A stretch of DNA of 47,568 nt from Planctomycetota bacterium (GCA_038231435.1 JBBRLJ010000039.1:1-47568); one strand, 5' to 3'. Shown: positions 29,463 through 40,619, counted from the first letter of the stretch. Made by a program: numbers and translations. Notes: generated by a model not told the origin, from the letters alone.

Positions 29463-31688
29463 GTGGCGGATTCCATGCCCGAGGCCGCCCCTGTCTCCAC
29501 GCCGGCTCCCCCCGCGCCCGTACCGGCGGCGGCGGACTCGCGCTTCTTCGTAGGCACGCGCGAGCGGGTGCGCGGTCGCTCCTGGCCGATGCGCCTGCTC
29601 GGCCGCTTCAGCTCGGTGTATTCTGCCGCGGCGCTGATCGCCACGCTCGCGACGGTGATCGGCGGTGCCACCGTCTACGAGACCCGCTACGGCCCCGACA
29701 TCGCGGCGGTGATGATCTACCAGTCGTGGTGGTTCGCCGGCATCTTCGTGCTCCTCGCGGTGAACATCTTCGGGGCAGCGGCAGTACGCTTCCCGTGGCG
29801 GCGCCATCAGTACGGATTCGTGGTGGTGCACGCCGGTCTGCTCACGTTGATCCTCGGCTTCTTCCTCGCGGGCAACGACCGCCTCGACGGCTCGCTCGCT
29901 GCTCCGCCCGGGCACGAGGTCTCGGTCATCGAGCTGCCGCGCGATGCGTTGACCGTGGCGCTCGAGGACAAGCGCATCGAGCGCGAGCTGCAGCCGATCC
30001 CCTATGCCGGGTACCCGGGCTTCGCGCGCTTCGCGCTCGGCGCGCTCGCGCCCTGGGCCTGGCCGCTCGCCGAGCCGGGCATCAACCGTCTGGCCAAGCC
30101 AGTGCCGATCTTCGACGAGCGGCTCGACGGGCTCGGCCTGCGCGTGGTCGCGGTGGTGGACACCGCGCGCCCGGAGTCCGGATTCATCGCCGCCGATGAG
30201 GGTGATGCCGATGCCGCCAGCTGCGGACCCGCCGCGCGCCTGGCACTGTCGGTGCGCACTCCGGGCATGCCGCTGGGCACGCTCGAGCCCGTGGCGTCGA
30301 GCTGGCTGAGCCTGTCGGGCGACCGCGTCGCCAGCATCGGCCCGGCGACGGCGACCATGGCGCGCTGCGGCTCCCCGGAGATGGCCGAGGATTTCCTCGC
30401 CGCCAAGCCGGAGCCGGCCGAGCACGGCGCGGTCACTGCGTACTGGCATGGCGCGCGCCTGCGCGCCGAGGTGCCTGTGGCCTTGCCGGCCACGCTCGAA
30501 CTCGCGCCCGACCTCGCGGTGACCTTCACCCGCTACATCCCCAATCCGCGCGTGCGCGATGGCGAACTCGTCCAGGACGACGCCGCCGCCATCGATCCAT
30601 TCATCTCGCTGAAGGTCGGCACTGGCGCGCCCGAGCAGCGTACCTGGCACGATCAGGTGCTGTCGGCGTACCATCTGCTGCCTGGCCCGACCGGCGGACC
30701 TGATCTGCTCTTCGCCCATCCGCGGCTGCATTCCACCGGGGATGCTGCCGCTGATGTTGCCGGGAATGCTCCCGGCGCCCCGCCGAGCATGTCCGGCGGC
30801 TACGTGCAGATGCTGATCGCGCCCGACCGGCGCCTGCTGCTGCGCTGGTTCACGCGCTCGAAGGGTTTCGGCGGATCGAGCGCGCTGTCGGGCGGACACG
30901 CCGACACCTGGAGCGGCGACGTGGTCGGCGGCGAGACCTCGCCCATGCAGCTGCGCGCGCGGGTCGACTACCTGCCGATCGCGATCAGCGGGCCCGAACC
31001 GGTGCGCATGCAGCCGGAGCACAAGGACCGCGCCGCCCGCTGGATCCAGCTCGAGGCTGAACGCGGTGGGCATCGCGGCCGCGCCTGGATCATGCGCCGC
31101 TCGCGCGCCGCGGTGACGCTCGACGATGGCTCGCAGGTGTTCATCAGCTACGGCGTGGCGCGCTACGACCTCAAGGACCGCCACGGCTTCGCGCTCACCC
31201 TCGACCGCTTCGACGAGGGCAAGGATCCCGGCGGCGAGCACAGCGCCAGCTTCGCCAGCGACGTCGCCATCCGCCCGATCGACGCCGACGAGCGCGCCGC
31301 CAGCGAGCGGCGCGCCGAGACCGCGCGGCGAGCCGCCGAGGAGCGACTGCGCGCCAGCGGTGCGGGGGCTTGGCTGCCGCCCGCGCTCGCGAGCTTCCTG
31401 CATCCGCAGCCGGGGCCGCCGCCAGTGGTCGCCGCCCGACGCGCTCATATCGCCATGAACGAGCCGCTGGTGGTGGGAGGAGTGACGATCTACCAGGCCT
31501 CGTTCTATCCCGAGATCGACGAGCATGACGAGCCCACCGGTCGACAGGTCTCGGTGTTCACCGTCGCGCAGGACCGCGGGCGTTGGTGCAAGTACATCGG
31601 ATCGCTGGTGCTGGTCCTGGGCATCGTGCTGTTGTACCTCTTGCGACGGGTGCCTGCCCGCGCATCCAAGTCCGTTCCGCGCCCATGA
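29463..31688 (+). CDS. ResB/CcsB-like cytochrome c biogenesis protein (System II)
   Basis: Three N-terminal TMs with IYQSWWF and VVVHAG (TM His), large periplasmic region, MNEPL...IYQASF, C-terminal TM; GGAGG RBS before the GTG; coupled to CcsA. Confidence 0.8.
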   Translation: MADSMPEAAPVSTPAPPAPVPAAADSRFFVGTRERVRGRSWPMRLLGRFSSVYSAAALIATLATVIGGATVYETRYGPDIAAVMIYQSWWFAGIFVLLAVNIFGAAAVRFPWRRHQYGFVVVHAGLLTLILGFFLAGNDRLDGSLAAPPGHEVSVIELPRDALTVALEDKRIERELQPIPYAGYPGFARFALGALAPWAWPLAEPGINRLAKPVPIFDERLDGLGLRVVAVVDTARPESGFIAADEGDADAASCGPAARLALSVRTPGMPLGTLEPVASSWLSLSGDRVASIGPATATMARCGSPEMAEDFLAAKPEPAEHGAVTAYWHGARLRAEVPVALPATLELAPDLAVTFTRYIPNPRVRDGELVQDDAAAIDPFISLKVGTGAPEQRTWHDQVLSAYHLLPGPTGGPDLLFAHPRLHSTGDAAADVAGNAPGAPPSMSGGYVQMLIAPDRRLLLRWFTRSKGFGGSSALSGGHADTWSGDVVGGETSPMQLRARVDYLPIAISGPEPVRMQPEHKDRAARWIQLEAERGGHRGRAWIMRRSRAAVTLDDGSQVFISYGVARYDLKDRHGFALTLDRFDEGKDPGGEHSASFASDVAIRPIDADERAASERRAETARRAAEERLRASGAGAWLPPALASFLHPQPGPPPVVAARRAHIAMNEPLVVGGVTIYQASFYPEIDEHDEPTGRQVSVFTVAQDRGRWCKYIGSLVLVLGIVLLYLLRRVPARASKSVPRP

Positions 31689-33835
31689 GCCGTTCCCCGC
31701 ACGAGGCCACCATCATGATCCGCCCGCTTTGCCGTCTGCTGTTCGCCGTGCTCTTCGCCGCGCGGCTTTCCGCCGTCGACGCTGCAGTCGATGCTTCCGT
31801 AGGTACCGCCGGGGGAAATCCGACTACCCCGGTTGCGGCTCTCGCCCCTCGGGCCTCGTCCGCCGCCGCCGCTCCGCTGGTCGCTTCGCTGCCCGAGATC
31901 GTCGGCACGCTGCCGGTCCTGCACCAGGGTCGGGTGAAGCCGCTGGCCGTCGCCGCCGAGGAGATCGTCTACGCCATCACCGGCACCGGCCGCTTCGCCG
32001 AGGTCGAGACCGTCGAGGATCCGCACCATCCGGGCAGCTTCCATCAAGAGAAGACCACCAAGGCAGAGCCCACCGACCTGCTCATGGCGATGATGCTCGA
32101 GCCCGACGCCTGGCGCGATCGTCCGCTCATCAATGCGTCGCATCTCGGGCTGCAACGTCAGCTCGGTTTCAAAGGGCCGTGGGCGACGCTCGTCGAGGTC
32201 GAAGGCGCGGCCGGCTTCCTGGGCGCCGCGGTGAGCAAGAAGCAGCGCGCGGAAGCGACCAAGGAGAAGATCGACCTCACTCCCATCGAAGCCGAAGCCT
32301 ACAAGCTCGCCGAACGCCAGCAGGAGACGATCGCGGCCCTCGGCGGCGAAGCGGTGGCGTTCATGCCGCTCGCGCCGGATGCCAGCGCGCGCGCGTGGGT
32401 GCTGGCGACGCTGGCGCCCGCCGTCGCCGCGACCAATCCCGAACGGCACGAAGCCGCGTGGCGCGAACGCCTGCGCGATGTCCAGGCGCGCCCGGTCGAG
32501 AGCCGGGACGCGGCGCTGCAGCAAGCCGACGTCTGGCTGAGCTTCGGTGACCTGCGCCGCCACGACCCGCTGCTCAGCGATGTCGGCGATAGCGGCCTGG
32601 GCGCGGCGCTCGCTGCCTGCGATGCGTGGCTGGCGGCGGTGTCGGATCATTCCGCCGCCGACATCCAGCACCTTCAGCCGGCCTTGGCCGCGGCCCTGCG
32701 CGCGCAAGGGATCCGGCACCGCGCCGATGCGGCGAGCGGCTCGGCCGGCTATCCATCGATCTCGCGGCTGGGCGCGGAATACACCTACCACCGCACCCAT
32801 CCGCTGAGGTGGGCCTGGGTCTGCTACCTCCTCGGCGGGTTGGGGGCTGCGGTCGGCCTGCGCCGGGCGGGCGCGTCCGCGGCCTGGAATGCGATCTTCG
32901 TCACCGGCGTCGCGCTCACCGGCGCGGGCGTCGTGCTGAATCTCGTCGGATTGTTCACGCGCTTCTACATCACCTCGCTGGGCATCGTCACCAACCTCTA
33001 TGAAACCCTGCTGTTCGTGGCCTTCATCTGCGCGGGCCTGGGGCTGGTGTTCGCCCGCGCCACCCGCACGCCATTGTATGCCGTGGCCGGCGGCATCGCC
33101 GGTGCGCTTTGCGCGATGGTCGGTGATTTCATCCCCCCCGAGCTCGGTAGCCAGCTGCGCCCGCTGCAACCGGTGCTGCGCGACAACTTCTGGCTGCTGA
33201 CCCATGTGCTGTGCGTGGTGTCGAGCTACGGCGCCTTCGCCTTGGCGATGATGCTCGGCAACATCCACCTCATCCGCGCGACCATCGCGCGCCGGACCGT
33301 CGCCCGCGAGGAAGGGCTGGCGATCTACCGCTGCATCCAGGTCGGCGTGCTGCTGGTCGCGACCGGCACGCTGCTCGGCGCCTGGTGGGCCGACAAGGCG
33401 TGGGGACGGTTCTGGGGTTGGGACCCGAAGGAGATCTGGGCGTTGGTCACGCTCCTGACCTACCTCATTCCGCTGCACCTGCGCTACGTCGGCGTGGTCG
33501 GGCCGACCGGGCTCGCGGCGTGGTCGGTATACGGCTTCATGTCGGTGGTGATGAGCTGGTATGGCGTGAACTTCCTGCTCGGCACCGGCCTGCACGCCTA
33601 CGCCTTCGGCAGCGGCGGTCAGGGCTACGTGCTGACGCTGTGCGCGCTGCAGATCGTGGCGACCACCGCCATGCTGGCGCGCATCGCTCCGGCCGCGCGC
33701 GCCGAGCGGGAACGGGCGAAGGCCGCACGCGCGGGTGAGCTCGACGCGGCGCTCGCGCGGGCTGATGCCGCTGATGCCGCCGAGGCCGCGGTAGGAGCTG
33801 CCCCGTTGCCCCCGACACCTTCCCCGGAACACTGA
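31685..33835 (+). CDS. ccsA: Cytochrome c biogenesis protein CcsA/ResC with an N-terminal periplasmic domain
   Basis: [22 protein letters not shown] motif [34 protein letters not shown]. Confidence 0.92.
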   Translation: MSRSPHEATIMIRPLCRLLFAVLFAARLSAVDAAVDASVGTAGGNPTTPVAALAPRASSAAAAPLVASLPEIVGTLPVLHQGRVKPLAVAAEEIVYAITGTGRFAEVETVEDPHHPGSFHQEKTTKAEPTDLLMAMMLEPDAWRDRPLINASHLGLQRQLGFKGPWATLVEVEGAAGFLGAAVSKKQRAEATKEKIDLTPIEAEAYKLAERQQETIAALGGEAVAFMPLAPDASARAWVLATLAPAVAATNPERHEAAWRERLRDVQARPVESRDAALQQADVWLSFGDLRRHDPLLSDVGDSGLGAALAACDAWLAAVSDHSAADIQHLQPALAAALRAQGIRHRADAASGSAGYPSISRLGAEYTYHRTHPLRWAWVCYLLGGLGAAVGLRRAGASAAWNAIFVTGVALTGAGVVLNLVGLFTRFYITSLGIVTNLYETLLFVAFICAGLGLVFARATRTPLYAVAGGIAGALCAMVGDFIPPELGSQLRPLQPVLRDNFWLLTHVLCVVSSYGAFALAMMLGNIHLIRATIARRTVAREEGLAIYRCIQVGVLLVATGTLLGAWWADKAWGRFWGWDPKEIWALVTLLTYLIPLHLRYVGVVGPTGLAAWSVYGFMSVVMSWYGVNFLLGTGLHAYAFGSGGQGYVLTLCALQIVATTAMLARIAPAARAERERAKAARAGELDAALARADAADAAEAAVGAAPLPPTPSPEH

Positions 33836-33842
33836 TCGGCCC

Positions 33843-34781
33843 ATGAAAGCCACCAAGACCTCGACGACGACGACCACCACGCGGACGACGAAGCGGGCGA
33901 AGCAGGAGAAGCCTCGCGCGACGGCCACGTCCGCGGCGGCGCGCGGCCGCTGGACCGCGATCGACCGCGGCTACGACGAGATCCTCTACCACCACGCGCC
34001 GATCGATGGCGGCACCGTGGCCAAGCTCACCATCAACCGCCCCGAGGTGCACAACGCCTTCACGCCGAAGACGGTGATGGAGCTGCGCGACGCGCTCGCG
34101 CACGCGCGCGACGATCTGGGCGTGGGCGTCATCGTGCTCACCGGCGCCGGCGACAAGGCGTTCTGCTCGGGCGGCGACCAGCGCGTGCGCAAGCATGGCG
34201 GCTACGTCGGCGGCAAGCACGGCGACGTGGTGCCGCGCCTGAACGTGCTCGACCTGCAGAAGGAGATCCGCAGCTGCCCCAAGCCGGTGGTGGCGATGGT
34301 CGCCGGCTGGGCGATCGGCGGCGGGCAGGTGCTGCATCTGGTGTGCGATCTCACCGTGGCCGCGGACAACGCGCGCTTCGGCCAGACCGGCCCGCGCGTC
34401 GGCAGCTTCGATGGCGGCTTCGGCGCGAGCTACCTCGCGCGCTGCGTCGGCCAGAAGAAGGCGCGCGAATTCTGGTACACCTGCCGCCAGTACGACGCCA
34501 AGCAGGCGCTCGAGATGGGCCTGATCAACGACGTCGTCCCTCTGAAGAAACTCGAAGCGCGCACGCTCGCGCTGTGCCAGGAGATGATGCACCACAGTCC
34601 GATGGCGCTGCGCTGCCTGAAATCCGCATTCAACGCCGACTGCGACGGCCAGGCCGGACTGCAAGAGCTCGCCGGCAACGCCACCCTGCTCTTCTACATG
34701 ACCGACGAAGGCAAGGAGGGCCACCGCGCCTACCTCGACAAACGCAAACCCGACTTCACCAGATTCCCCCGCCTCCCCTGA
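33843..34781 (+). CDS. menB: 1,4-dihydroxy-2-naphthoyl-CoA synthase
   Basis: [52 protein letters not shown]. Confidence 0.96.
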   Translation: MKATKTSTTTTTTRTTKRAKQEKPRATATSAAARGRWTAIDRGYDEILYHHAPIDGGTVAKLTINRPEVHNAFTPKTVMELRDALAHARDDLGVGVIVLTGAGDKAFCSGGDQRVRKHGGYVGGKHGDVVPRLNVLDLQKEIRSCPKPVVAMVAGWAIGGGQVLHLVCDLTVAADNARFGQTGPRVGSFDGGFGASYLARCVGQKKAREFWYTCRQYDAKQALEMGLINDVVPLKKLEARTLALCQEMMHHSPMALRCLKSAFNADCDGQAGLQELAGNATLLFYMTDEGKEGHRAYLDKRKPDFTRFPRLP

Positions 34782-34853
34782 GGTCCCCCTCTTCCCTCAT
34801 TCCCTCTTCGCTTTCCGCCTCCCCGCCCTCCCTCTCCCCCGGCCCATCTCCCC

Positions 34854-35771
34854 ATGCACGACCTCCTCGCCCTGCAACGCCGCTGCGCTCCGGCCGGTGT
34901 CCACGCCTCCTTCGGCAACGAGGGCCTCGCGCGGCTGACCATCGCCAACGCCCACGCCGAGGCCGAGCTCTACCTGCACGGCGCGCACCTGACCCACTGG
35001 CAGCCGCGCGGCCACGAACGTGTGCTGTGGATGAGCCCGAAGAGCCAGTTCATCGACGGCAAGCCGATCCGCGGCGGGGTGCCGATCTGTTTCCCGTGGT
35101 TCGGCCCGCATCCCGACGCGAAGCCCGGCGACGCGTCGCTGCCGCCGCACGGCTTCGCGCGTCTGCGCGAATGGACGCTCGACGCGGTTGAGCAGCTGCC
35201 CGACGGCCGCACCCGCGTGGCGCTCGCGCTCGCATCGGACGCCGCGACCGAGGCCGCGTGGCCACACGCCTTCCGTGTCGTCTCGACGGTGACGGTGGGC
35301 TCAGAGCTCGAGATGGAGCTGGCGGTGACCAACCGCTCGCCGGCGGAATTCACCTTCGCCGAGGCGCTGCACACCTACCTCGCCGTCGCGGACGTGCGCG
35401 CATGCCGTGTCGCGGGCTTGAAGGGAGCCACCTACATCGACAAGACCAAGGCGATGGCGCGCCTGGTCGAGGACAGCGACCAGCTGGCGCTGGTCGGCGA
35501 GACCGACCGCGTCTATCTCACCGACGCGGCGCTCTGCGAGACCACCGACCCAGGCAACCGCCGGCACATCGCCATCACTAAGTCCGGATCGAAGGCCACG
35601 GTGGTGTGGAATCCCTGGACCGAGCGCGCGAAGGCGTTCACGGACTTCAACGCCGAGCTGTGGCCGGGCATGCTCTGCATCGAGACCGTGAACGCCGCCG
35701 ATGCGATGGCGCGCGTCGGCCCGGGCGCCACCCATCGCATGTCCGCTCGCATCGCCGTGCGACGGGCCTGA
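34854..35771 (+). CDS. D-hexose-6-phosphate mutarotase / aldose 1-epimerase family
   Basis: IRGGVPICFPWFG, HGFAR, ALHTYL, ETDRVY, VVWNPW, MLCIE. Confidence 0.92.
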   Translation: MHDLLALQRRCAPAGVHASFGNEGLARLTIANAHAEAELYLHGAHLTHWQPRGHERVLWMSPKSQFIDGKPIRGGVPICFPWFGPHPDAKPGDASLPPHGFARLREWTLDAVEQLPDGRTRVALALASDAATEAAWPHAFRVVSTVTVGSELEMELAVTNRSPAEFTFAEALHTYLAVADVRACRVAGLKGATYIDKTKAMARLVEDSDQLALVGETDRVYLTDAALCETTDPGNRRHIAITKSGSKATVVWNPWTERAKAFTDFNAELWPGMLCIETVNAADAMARVGPGATHRMSARIAVRRA

Positions 35772-35777
35772 GCGACC

Positions 35778-36764
35778 ATGGGCCCGACCATCGCCCAGAC
35801 GCCAGGAGCCCAGACGCCAGGACAGACGAGGGGAGGGCTCCGCGACTGGCTGTCAGCCACCCGCCCGCGCACCCTGGCCGCGGCAGTGGTGCCGGTGGCG
35901 GTCGGCACCGCGCTGCCCGGCATGCCTCCGCACTGGCTGCCCGCCCTCGCATGCCTCGCCGGCGCGGTGCTGATCCAGATCGGCTGCAACTTCGCGAACG
36001 ACGCCTTCGACGCGCTCAAGGGCGCCGACACCGACGAACGCATCGGCCCGCGCCGCGCGGTGGCGAGCGGCGCGATCACGCCGCGCGCGATGCTGGTCGC
36101 GACCGCGCTGACCCTGTCGCTCGCCTTCGCGGTCGGCATGTACCTCACCGCGGTGGCGGGATGGCCGATCCTGGCGGTGGGCGTAGTCAGCATCGTCTGC
36201 GCCGTCGCCTACACGGGTGGACCGTATCCGCTGGCCTACCACGGACTCGGCGACGTGTTCGTCTTCCTGTTCTTCGGCCTGGCGGCGGTGCTCGGCAGCG
36301 GCTGGGTTCAGTACGCCGGGCGCGTCGATGTCGCGTACGGACACGATCCGGCGCACGTCTGCCGCGCGGTGGTGAATTCATTCACCAGCTGGCCGCATGC
36401 CTGGCTGATCGCCATGGGCATCGGGCTGCAATGCACGGCGATCATCGCGGTCAACAACCTGCGCGACATCCCGACCGACGCCAAGACCGGCAAGCGCACC
36501 CTGGCGGTGCGCATCGGCGAACGCGCCAGCCGCTGGTACTACCTCGCGTTGCACCTGTGCGCGGCCGGGTGCTATGCCAGCGCCGCGCTGGCCTCGGGCC
36601 GGCCCTGGCTGTGGCTGCCGACCGCCGCCGCCGCTCTCGGCGGCGGTATGTTGGCCCGGGGTGTTTTCAAGACCTCCGGCGCGGCCCTCAACGGGTATCT
36701 GGCACGCTCGGCGGGCCTGGAAATGCTGACCGGTGCTTTGCTGGTGATCGCGCTTAGCATCTGA
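35778..36764 (+). CDS. menA: 1,4-dihydroxy-2-naphthoate polyprenyltransferase
   Basis: RPRTL, NFANDAFD..KGADT..RIGPRR, YTGGPYPLAYHGLGD, VNNLRDIPTD..TGKRTLAV. Confidence 0.95.
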   Translation: MGPTIAQTPGAQTPGQTRGGLRDWLSATRPRTLAAAVVPVAVGTALPGMPPHWLPALACLAGAVLIQIGCNFANDAFDALKGADTDERIGPRRAVASGAITPRAMLVATALTLSLAFAVGMYLTAVAGWPILAVGVVSIVCAVAYTGGPYPLAYHGLGDVFVFLFFGLAAVLGSGWVQYAGRVDVAYGHDPAHVCRAVVNSFTSWPHAWLIAMGIGLQCTAIIAVNNLRDIPTDAKTGKRTLAVRIGERASRWYYLALHLCAAGCYASAALASGRPWLWLPTAAAALGGGMLARGVFKTSGAALNGYLARSAGLEMLTGALLVIALSI

Positions 36765-36768
36765 AGCC

Positions 36769-37845
36769 GTGCCCGCCAACCTCTACAAGTGCGATCTGCC
36801 CCTGAAGGCTCCCCTCACCACCGGGGCCGGGACCATCGACGTGCGCACGGTGTGGGTGCTCGAGATCGTCGACAGCACCGGCCGCAAGGGCCTGGGCGAG
36901 GCCGCGCCGCTGCCAGGCTTCGGCGGCGAGGCGCAGAAGGACTGCGACGACGCGCTCCACCAGGCGGTGGCGATGCTGACGCCGGAGCTGGTCGGCAGCT
37001 GGCTCGAGCGCGCCAAGCCCGACGCTCCGCTGGGCGCGATCGAGCCGCTGCTCGCGCGCACGCCGTGCGCGCGCCACGCCGTGGAAGGCGCGCTGCTCGA
37101 TCTGCTCGCGCAGAGCCAGAAGGTGCCGCTCGCCGCGTTGATCGCCCCGCACTACGCCACCCTCATCCCCGCCAACGCGCTGATCGGCGCCAGCGCCGAC
37201 GCGCCGGTCGCGGGCAAGTTGGCCTACGACGACGGCTTCAGCACGCTCAAGCTCAAGCTCACCGGTGAACCGAAGGAAGCCGCCGCGCGGCTCCTGTCGC
37301 TGCGCAAGGCGGTGGGCGAGAAAGCCAACATCCGCGTCGACATCAACGGCGCGTGGACGCTCGACCAGGCCCTGGTGTTCGCCCAGGCCGCGGCCCCAGC
37401 GACTCTCGAGTACTGCGAACAGCCCCTGCCCGCCGGCGACGTCACCGACATGGCCACCCTGCGCCGGCGTTCGGGCATGAAGATCGCCGTCGACGAGAGC
37501 GTGCGCTTCGCCGTCGACGTCGGCCGCATCGGCGCCGCTCAGGCTGCCGACGTGGTGGTGCTCAAGCCGATGTTCCTCGGTGGCTGGCGGCCCACGCGCC
37601 AAGCCGTGCAGCTCGCGCACTCGTGCGGCATGGAGGTGGTCATCACCACCGCGATGGATAGCAGCATCGGCCGCGCCTTCGCCACGCACTACGCCGCGGC
37701 TTTCGGGCTGACGCAGCGCGCACAGGGGCTGGCGACCGGAGACCTGTTCGTCGGCGAGCTCACCACTGAGCCGCTGACGGTGCTGACCGGGTTCACGCGC
37801 CTGCACGAACGACCGGGTCTCGGCATCGGCGCGCTGGCCGGCTGA
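36769..37845 (+). CDS. menC: o-succinylbenzoate synthase (enolase superfamily)
   Basis: GEAAPLPGF, KLK, RVDING, EQP, DES, VLKP; men-cluster context. Confidence 0.88.
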   Translation: MPANLYKCDLPLKAPLTTGAGTIDVRTVWVLEIVDSTGRKGLGEAAPLPGFGGEAQKDCDDALHQAVAMLTPELVGSWLERAKPDAPLGAIEPLLARTPCARHAVEGALLDLLAQSQKVPLAALIAPHYATLIPANALIGASADAPVAGKLAYDDGFSTLKLKLTGEPKEAAARLLSLRKAVGEKANIRVDINGAWTLDQALVFAQAAAPATLEYCEQPLPAGDVTDMATLRRRSGMKIAVDESVRFAVDVGRIGAAQAADVVVLKPMFLGGWRPTRQAVQLAHSCGMEVVITTAMDSSIGRAFATHYAAAFGLTQRAQGLATGDLFVGELTTEPLTVLTGFTRLHERPGLGIGALAG

Positions 37846-38017
37846 ACGCCTGACGGATGCCGGATGGCATTCGCTCCTCTCGACGCGTATCCGTTGCTGC
37901 CATCGAAGCCTCGAACCTTGACCATCCTCGCCTCTCGGCACTGGACGCGAGTGGCCGCAACCATGCCCTGAGGGCGGGGACGGCTTGGAAGTGGTGGTGG
38001 GACTGCGAGGATTCGTC

Positions 38018-39460
38018 ATGACGTCGGCATCGAATTCTCCGCGCTCGTGGCTGCTGCAGCCGCGCGCGGTCGAGGGACTCGGCTTCGGCGGCTGGCGCTG
38101 GGTGCTGCCGGGGGTGGGTAGCGCGCTGGCGTGGCTGCGTGTGCTGGGCGTGCGACGTGGGATGCGCGTCGGACTCGCGGGTGCGGGAAATCCGGCGACA
38201 GCGGCGCTGCTGCAGGCCGGTCCCCTCGCGGGCGTGACCCTGGTGTTGTTCAACCGGCGGCTGACCGCGGCGGAACTCGTGCGCCAGGCTGACGAGGCGT
38301 GCCTGGGAATGCTGCTCGTGGACGGGGCGCATCCACTCGCGGCCAGCCGGGCGGATGCACCACGCATCCCCGAGGCGTTCGCGGACGTGGCGATCGATCC
38401 CGCGCTGCTCGCGCCGCTCACGGGCGAGGATCCGGCGCTGGTGATCTTCACCTCGGGTACCAGCGGCGCGCCGAAGGCGGCGCGGTTGCCGGCGCGCGCG
38501 GTCGCGCACGCGGCGCGCGCCACGTGCGAGCGCCTCGGGCTCACAGCCGCGGACACCTGGCTCGGCTGCCTGCCGCTCGATCACATCGGCGGCGCGGGGC
38601 TCGTGCATCGCTCCGCTGCGTGCGGATACCGGCTGCGCCTGTTCGAACGCTTCGATGCCCAGGCGGTGGGAGCCGCGCTCGCGGAAGGCGTCACCGGCAT
38701 CAGCGTGGTCTCGACCATGCTCCATCGGCTGATCGACCACCGCGACGACGCGCCGTGGCCGCCGTCCCTGCGCACTCTGCTGGTCGGTGGCGGGCCGTTG
38801 TCCGACGCGCTGTGCGCCAAGGCGGCACGCCTCGGGCTCGAGCCGTGCCAGACCTATGGCCTGAGCGAATGCGCGAGCCAGGTGTGCACGCTCGCTCCAG
38901 CCGAGGCGCCAGCGCACCGTGGCAGCGCCGGACGCGCGCTGAGTGGACTCGAGGTGTCGATCGTGCGCGCCGATGGCTCGTCCGCTGCGCCAGGCGAGAG
39001 CGGCGGAATCCGCGTGCGCGGTGGTTCGCTGTTCAGCGGATACGAGCGTCAGGGGCGCGTGGGGACGCCGTGCGCGCCGGACGCGTGGTTCGCGACCGGC
39101 GACCTGGGCGAACTCGACCGCGACGGCTTCCTCACCGTGCACTGCCGTCGCGAGGACCTCATCCTCAGCGGCGGAGAGAACGTATACCCTGCTGAGATCG
39201 AAGGCGTGCTCGTCGAGCATCCGGCGATCCGCGAGGCGATGGCGTGCGGCTTGGAGGACGAGGAATGGGGTCAGGTGGTAGTGGCGCTGCTGGTCGCGCG
39301 GGGCGAAGCGCCGAACGCCGACGAGCTGCGCGCCTGGCTCGAGCCGCGCCTCGCCGCGTTCAAGCGGCCGCGCCAGTGGCGCTGGGTCGCGGAGCTGCCG
39401 CGCACTCCGGCGGGGAAGCTCGACCGGTCACGATCCGCGGCGCTCCTGCGCGCGCGCTAG
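38018..39460 (+). CDS. menE: o-succinylbenzoate-CoA ligase
   Basis: FTSGTSGAPK, YGLSE, ATGDLG, SGGENVYPAEIE, PRTPAGK; men-cluster context; GAGG RBS before ATG 38018. Confidence 0.85.
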   Translation: MTSASNSPRSWLLQPRAVEGLGFGGWRWVLPGVGSALAWLRVLGVRRGMRVGLAGAGNPATAALLQAGPLAGVTLVLFNRRLTAAELVRQADEACLGMLLVDGAHPLAASRADAPRIPEAFADVAIDPALLAPLTGEDPALVIFTSGTSGAPKAARLPARAVAHAARATCERLGLTAADTWLGCLPLDHIGGAGLVHRSAACGYRLRLFERFDAQAVGAALAEGVTGISVVSTMLHRLIDHRDDAPWPPSLRTLLVGGGPLSDALCAKAARLGLEPCQTYGLSECASQVCTLAPAEAPAHRGSAGRALSGLEVSIVRADGSSAAPGESGGIRVRGGSLFSGYERQGRVGTPCAPDAWFATGDLGELDRDGFLTVHCRREDLILSGGENVYPAEIEGVLVEHPAIREAMACGLEDEEWGQVVVALLVARGEAPNADELRAWLEPRLAAFKRPRQWRWVAELPRTPAGKLDRSRSAALLRAR

Positions 39461-39601
39461 TTTTACCACCCCAAGGGCTTGCGTCGCTCGCACCACCTGC
39501 GTCCCATGCCCTACAGAAGTACTGGCGCGACGATGAAAAGGGTTGATCCGCAGCCCAGCGGGAGGAAGGTTTCGCCCTCTCCGGGAGTCCAGGTACCGTA
39601 C

Positions 39602-39961
39602 ATGAGTCCGACATCGCCGGTCCTGGATGCCGATTTCAAAGGCGTGCGCGTGCTGTCCTTCGCCCGCGACCGCGAGGGCATGGCCAATCTCGACCAGGTG
39701 CGTCCCTTCTTCGCCAACGACTTCCTCGGCCACGTCACCGGCATCCGCAGGCTGATCATCGATCTCACCGGCGTCGCCAGCCTCGACTCCTCGTGCCTGG
39801 GCCCGCTGGTGCAGAAGATGCGCGAGATCAAGGAGCACGGCGGCCGGCTGGTGCTGGTGGGCGTCGACGCCCCCGCGCTGCAGGAGATCTTCGCCCTCAC
39901 CCGCTTCGACAAGGTCTTCCCGATCTACAAGACGGCGGCCGAGGGCCTGACGACTTTCTGA
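39602..39961 (+). CDS. STAS domain anti-sigma factor antagonist
   Basis: LIIDLTGVASLDSSCLG (phospho-Ser motif), EIFALTRFDKVFPIY. Confidence 0.88.
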   Translation: MSPTSPVLDADFKGVRVLSFARDREGMANLDQVRPFFANDFLGHVTGIRRLIIDLTGVASLDSSCLGPLVQKMREIKEHGGRLVLVGVDAPALQEIFALTRFDKVFPIYKTAAEGLTTF

Positions 39962-40011
39962 TGGGGGCTACGGCCCCCCATCATCGGCCTCCGGCCTGCC
40001 CCCCGGGAAGC
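39952..40011 (+). repeat. REP-like palindrome family B, copy 3 (contains the STAS stop codon)
   Basis: GACTTTCTGATGGGGGCTACGGCCCCCCATC-ATCGGCCTCCGGCCTGCCCCCCGGGAAGC, colinear with copy 1. Confidence 0.85.
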
Positions 40012-40121
40012 TAGAAAAGGCTGGAGCAGGGGTTTAGACCTTCAATCCGTGAATTTGGGCTTGCCAGGCGTGGTTCGGGCCTAGATTTCCGAGCCCGCTT
40101 CACCAGAGGTTCGTAACTCCC

Positions 40122-40619
40122 ATGGCCGTCAAGATCCGCCTGTCCCGCTACGGTCGCCTGCACCGTCCCTACTTCCGCATCGTCGCCATCGACTCGCGCT
40201 GCCACCGTGAAGGCAAGGCCAACGAGATCCTCGGCTCGTACGATCCGCTGCTGAAGGACAAGAACATCCAGGTGAACATGGATCGCGTCGGCGCTTGGAT
40301 CGCCGAGGGCGCTCAGGTCAGCGACAGCCTCAGCAACCTGCTCAAGTTCCATGGCTACCAACTTCCCGCGAAGCCGGCCAAGGCCGCAGCGACGACCGCG
40401 GACGCCAAGAAGAAGCCGGCCAAGAAGCCGACCGGCAAGAAGGGCGAGAAGATGCCGTGGGTCGCCCCCTCGCGCCGCGCGCTGCGCAAGCACGCCGCCA
40501 AGAAGAAGGCTGAGCGCAAGGTCGTCACTGACGCCGAAGTCGCCAAGGCCGCCGCCAAGAAGGCCGAAGCCGCAGCGAAGCCCGCCGAGGGCGCCGCCGC
40601 CGAGCCCGCTAAGACCTGA
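40122..40619 (+). CDS. rpsP: 30S ribosomal protein S16 with a Lys/Ala-rich C-terminal extension
   Basis: MAVKIRLSRYGRLHRPYFRIVAIDSR...EILGSYDP...WIAEGAQVSD. Confidence 0.96.
   Translation: MAVKIRLSRYGRLHRPYFRIVAIDSRCHREGKANEILGSYDPLLKDKNIQVNMDRVGAWIAEGAQVSDSLSNLLKFHGYQLPAKPAKAAATTADAKKKPAKKPTGKKGEKMPWVAPSRRALRKHAAKKKAERKVVTDAEVAKAAAKKAEAAAKPAEGAAAEPAKT

Noticed and set aside
29240..29671. N-terminal extensions of ppc (to 29671) and resB-like (from 29238)
   Set aside because: They would overlap each other head-to-head; internal starts (29239 and 29463 with GGAGG) leave a plausible divergent promoter region.
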